Translations under genes and position numbers: made by a program | In this document: positions 60,806 through 64,000 of the stretch, one piece after another | Layout: each line of letters begins with the position of its first letter | Position numbering within the stretch: position 1 is the first letter of the stretch | Notes under the pieces: generated by a model | What the model saw: the letters and a program-made list of their open reading frames with translations, nothing else | Told to the model about the DNA's origin: nothing | Database searches by the model: none | Source: Macrostomum lignano | Lineage: Eukaryota | DNA: 64,000 nucleotides | Reading direction: 5' to 3' | Assembly: GCA_002269645.1 (NCBI GenBank) | Contig: NIVC01001575.1 | Location: forward strand, 100,691 to 164,690

Positions 60806-63800
60806 TCTTACTTGTTTAAGTCAAACTATATTCTATAGCCTAGAGCAACAGTATTATCTCTCATGCAGCAATGAGCTGACAACAATAGAAAACAAGTGCT
60901 AAAGTATAATAAAATCTACTTCAGCCAAACACAACCTTCAGATTTCAGTTGTTCCAGCACCTCTTGCTTCTACTTATTTGATCCAGGAGACAAAAATATA
61001 ACCAGGTGCAACATCAGCCACTTGCGACTAATCCATTCCAATACAGTTGTGGGTATGGCAGCAAGAGTATGTAGTAAATGCCATGCCAAGTGGGTGCATA
61101 GCTCTAGTGTGCTAGTTAGTTAAAGTTTGCCTTGCATGCACTACCATTCCATCAACATGTACAAGCTCTCCATAATGGCCTCAGGGCAGCCCTTGGCAAG
61201 GGCCCAATCTAAGAGTGCACAGTGGCTTGCCAAATTGTGTGTACAGTTAATTGTTGTTGTACATGGCTCTTATAAATGCCTGTTCCTATACTTTCAGTTT
61301 AACAGGTCCTTGTCCAAAGTTAATTGCAAATTCTTCTGATACTTTCATTAATGCCAGCATCAGCACTCAGTCGTTTTGGACAATGTCACCAAAAAGCACT
61401 TGCAATTGTGGGCCCAGGTGCTATCTTTACCCTAATCTATTTGAACATGTTGCACTAGAGGGTGTGCAGACATACATGCCCAACACCCTCCAACCCATCT
61501 GAACCAGACAGGTAAAATGGCCACTGGCCAAGGTAAGTTGCAAAACCAAAAATGCAAAAAAAAACAAAAAAATTAGGGAAAGAAAGAAAAAAGAGGAAGA
61601 GAAAAGAAAAATAAAGGAAGGAAGAAAAGAGAGAAGGGAAAGAAGAGAAAGAAAGAGAAGAAAAGAGTAAAAGGCAATGCAAGAAGTCATATACAAAGTG
61701 AAAATTAAGTCTCAAACTAGGGGAACTAAGTTTCTAAGTTTCTAAGAAACTAAGTTGCAAATCTGCACAAAACTAAGTTGCACTGGATGGGTGAAATTTT
61801 GAGGTTGGGCATATATGTGTACAGATCAACTGGTTGCAAGTTGGCTGAATCAAGCAGCTTCAACCATAGACCACAAAGTGTGCTTTGTGCTGCAAAAACA
61901 CTGTGGTGCTAGAAGAACCACAATAAGATATAACCACAATATAACCAGCAAGGCCAAATGCTGATGACAGAAGATTAATAAAACTCGGGATAGAATGGAA
62001 TGTTCATACACTGAGATGGTCACCTAAGGCTATCACCAACTCAATGCCTGCTGACAAGGCCAATTTAAGTGTGGATCTGATGTTGCGACTAGCATGCCTA
62101 ATCTCCAATTCAGAATCCAACTCTGAGTCACTGCTCAAGTCCTCACTGTCACTAACATGCTAGCACCTATGGTCCAAAATACACCGAGAAACAGTGGTGG
62201 TTGTGGCCAAATCAACATTGTTGTAGACACCCTGCTGTAGGTCAGTTAGGTTGGTAAACAGCAATGGCAGATGCTTCTGGATATTGTGATTTGCTGTAGT
62301 AGTTGATGCAAATGAATCAAGCTCTCTATCCATGTTCATGAGCTTATATAATTGAGATAAGGCCATTTTTTGCTCTAGCTCCATAGACAGCCTTAAGATA
62401 TCCTTGACCATGCTCTAGACAGGCAGCTATAGATCCTGGCAGCATAGCAGAATGATTTCATCACTTCACTGAAGATCAGCAACTCAGTAACAAAAACCAT
62501 GGATTGTAGGTAGGCTACAACTCTGCAGTCTTTGCAAGACTGAGGTGTCTTATTTAGTGTTATCAGCCAAATTCAGAGCTCCGTTACAGTAGCCTGCACC
62601 ATGGTGAAGCTTTATAAGACAAAACATGTTTTGCTGAAAGCTTTTGTCTTTCTAGTGCACCTGTCATGAATTTGTTTTGCAACTTTAAATGTTTGAATTG
62701 CCAAAAGCCCCTGCCTTTAGTGTGTTGTCTGTAGGTTTCAAGGCAATCGGGAGACAGAATCAGTCCACCACCTTCTAGTTGATCTACTTGCACACATTTT
62801 TGGTTTTTGAGCAGCCATGTGTAGCACAAAGTGCACCACAAAATTGCAGGTGCATGGATGCTGCTGGCGGTACCTTCTTCTTTACGTTGGCCTTTAATTA
62901 CTGTCAGGAAGCTGCACTGCAATCGCTATGGTATTGTTATGGTTACCTTATGGTAATTATCTTAGATGACAAGCTGTTCAGTCATTTGTAGGTTAAAGGT
63001 TAAAGCATGCCATTAAAATTTGCAATAAACTAGATTAAATTTATTTTTATATTTTTCTTTAAAACCAATTTGTCCAATGTCTTAATAGACTTCATTTTTG
63101 CCTCTAAATTGGTGCTTTCTGTCATATTGCTATACTGCTATACTGCCTCTATATTCAGACTATATAAGGTCTTCTTCTTAAGCTAGTTGAACACAGATAG
63201 CATTAAGCTTTTCTGTTTTCTAATTGACATTAATGCTGATTTTAGCAGTAAGATTAGTAATAATCTTTGAATAGGTAGCTTCAAAAAAGTCAGTCTTATT
63301 AATTGAATAGATAGTAAAAGGCACATAGGTAAATCTTTTGTCACTTGAAGAGTAAAGAAGTAAATTAGAGCCTAACTTACTTTATTAAATGCTAGTATAT
63401 CACCTAGGCACTGAAAAGGAAATAAGGAAAAAGCAAGTCATTGTATAGTTTAACAATTTTTTTCAAAGTTGCAAAAAAGTAAGCTTGAGTAAAGTATTTA
63501 TTTGAATTGAGTAATAAAGAATTTATTTGACAAATCAAATCATATGAATCATATACTTATATATAATATATATATTATGTCATATACATATCATAGGAAA
63601 AATAAATCCTAGCACTGCTAACAGCCTAGAAAGTGCCCTTTATTATATTTAAAGCCTACTCATAGTCATAGACAATATCTTATATAAAATATATTCAGTA
63701 CCATCTAATGCATTATGCATACCAACCATAATAGCCATAATCCCATATACCAAAACTTTTTCCTAGAGATTGTCTTTTCCAAAAGCTAATTTTTTTTCCT

Positions 63801-64000
63801 TTTCTATTTTGCTAAAATTTATAAAACATTTAAGACTTTTAAGTTAAAGATCATCATTTAATCCTTAGTCAAAGTGATAATAAATCAATCAACAAATATA
63901 ATATAAAATTATAACTTGACAAAACTATTAGGCTAAGCCTAACAAGTAACTATAATATCATGTTTAGCTTTTGGGACCTATATGCTAGATATTTAGCTAA

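Noticed and set aside
61130-61500. Possible hAT transposase motifs (HVCLHTL..WESLYML)
   Set aside because: Motif spacing does not fit and the frame has several stops; kept only as an unassigned decayed segment.

Overview
Eukaryotic (invertebrate animal) genomic DNA, not prokaryotic. GC-rich exons, minisatellite-filled introns and heavy simple-repeat content resemble a Macrostomum-type flatworm; this is an inference from sequence style only. Genes: the 3' part of PRPF3 (+, 3 exons in the window), a two-exon prostanoid (EP4-like) GPCR (-), an intronless divergent Rab-like GTPase (+) head-to-head with it, a candidate 81-aa Cys-string microprotein (+), and a complete four-exon RANBP9/10 gene (-). 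At 14.4-21.1 kb is a four-level transposon nest: a Penelope-like element with a hammerhead ribozyme, split by a TIR MITE, split by a young Mag-type Ty3/Gypsy LTR element, whose protease is split by a tRNA-derived SINE. About 20 distinct tandem arrays occur, and most introns are nearly filled by their own array. From about 50.9 kb the sequence becomes AT-rich and CpG-poor with hAT-like MITEs, except for a CpG-retaining patch just upstream of RANBP9. All counts were made by hand and are approximate.
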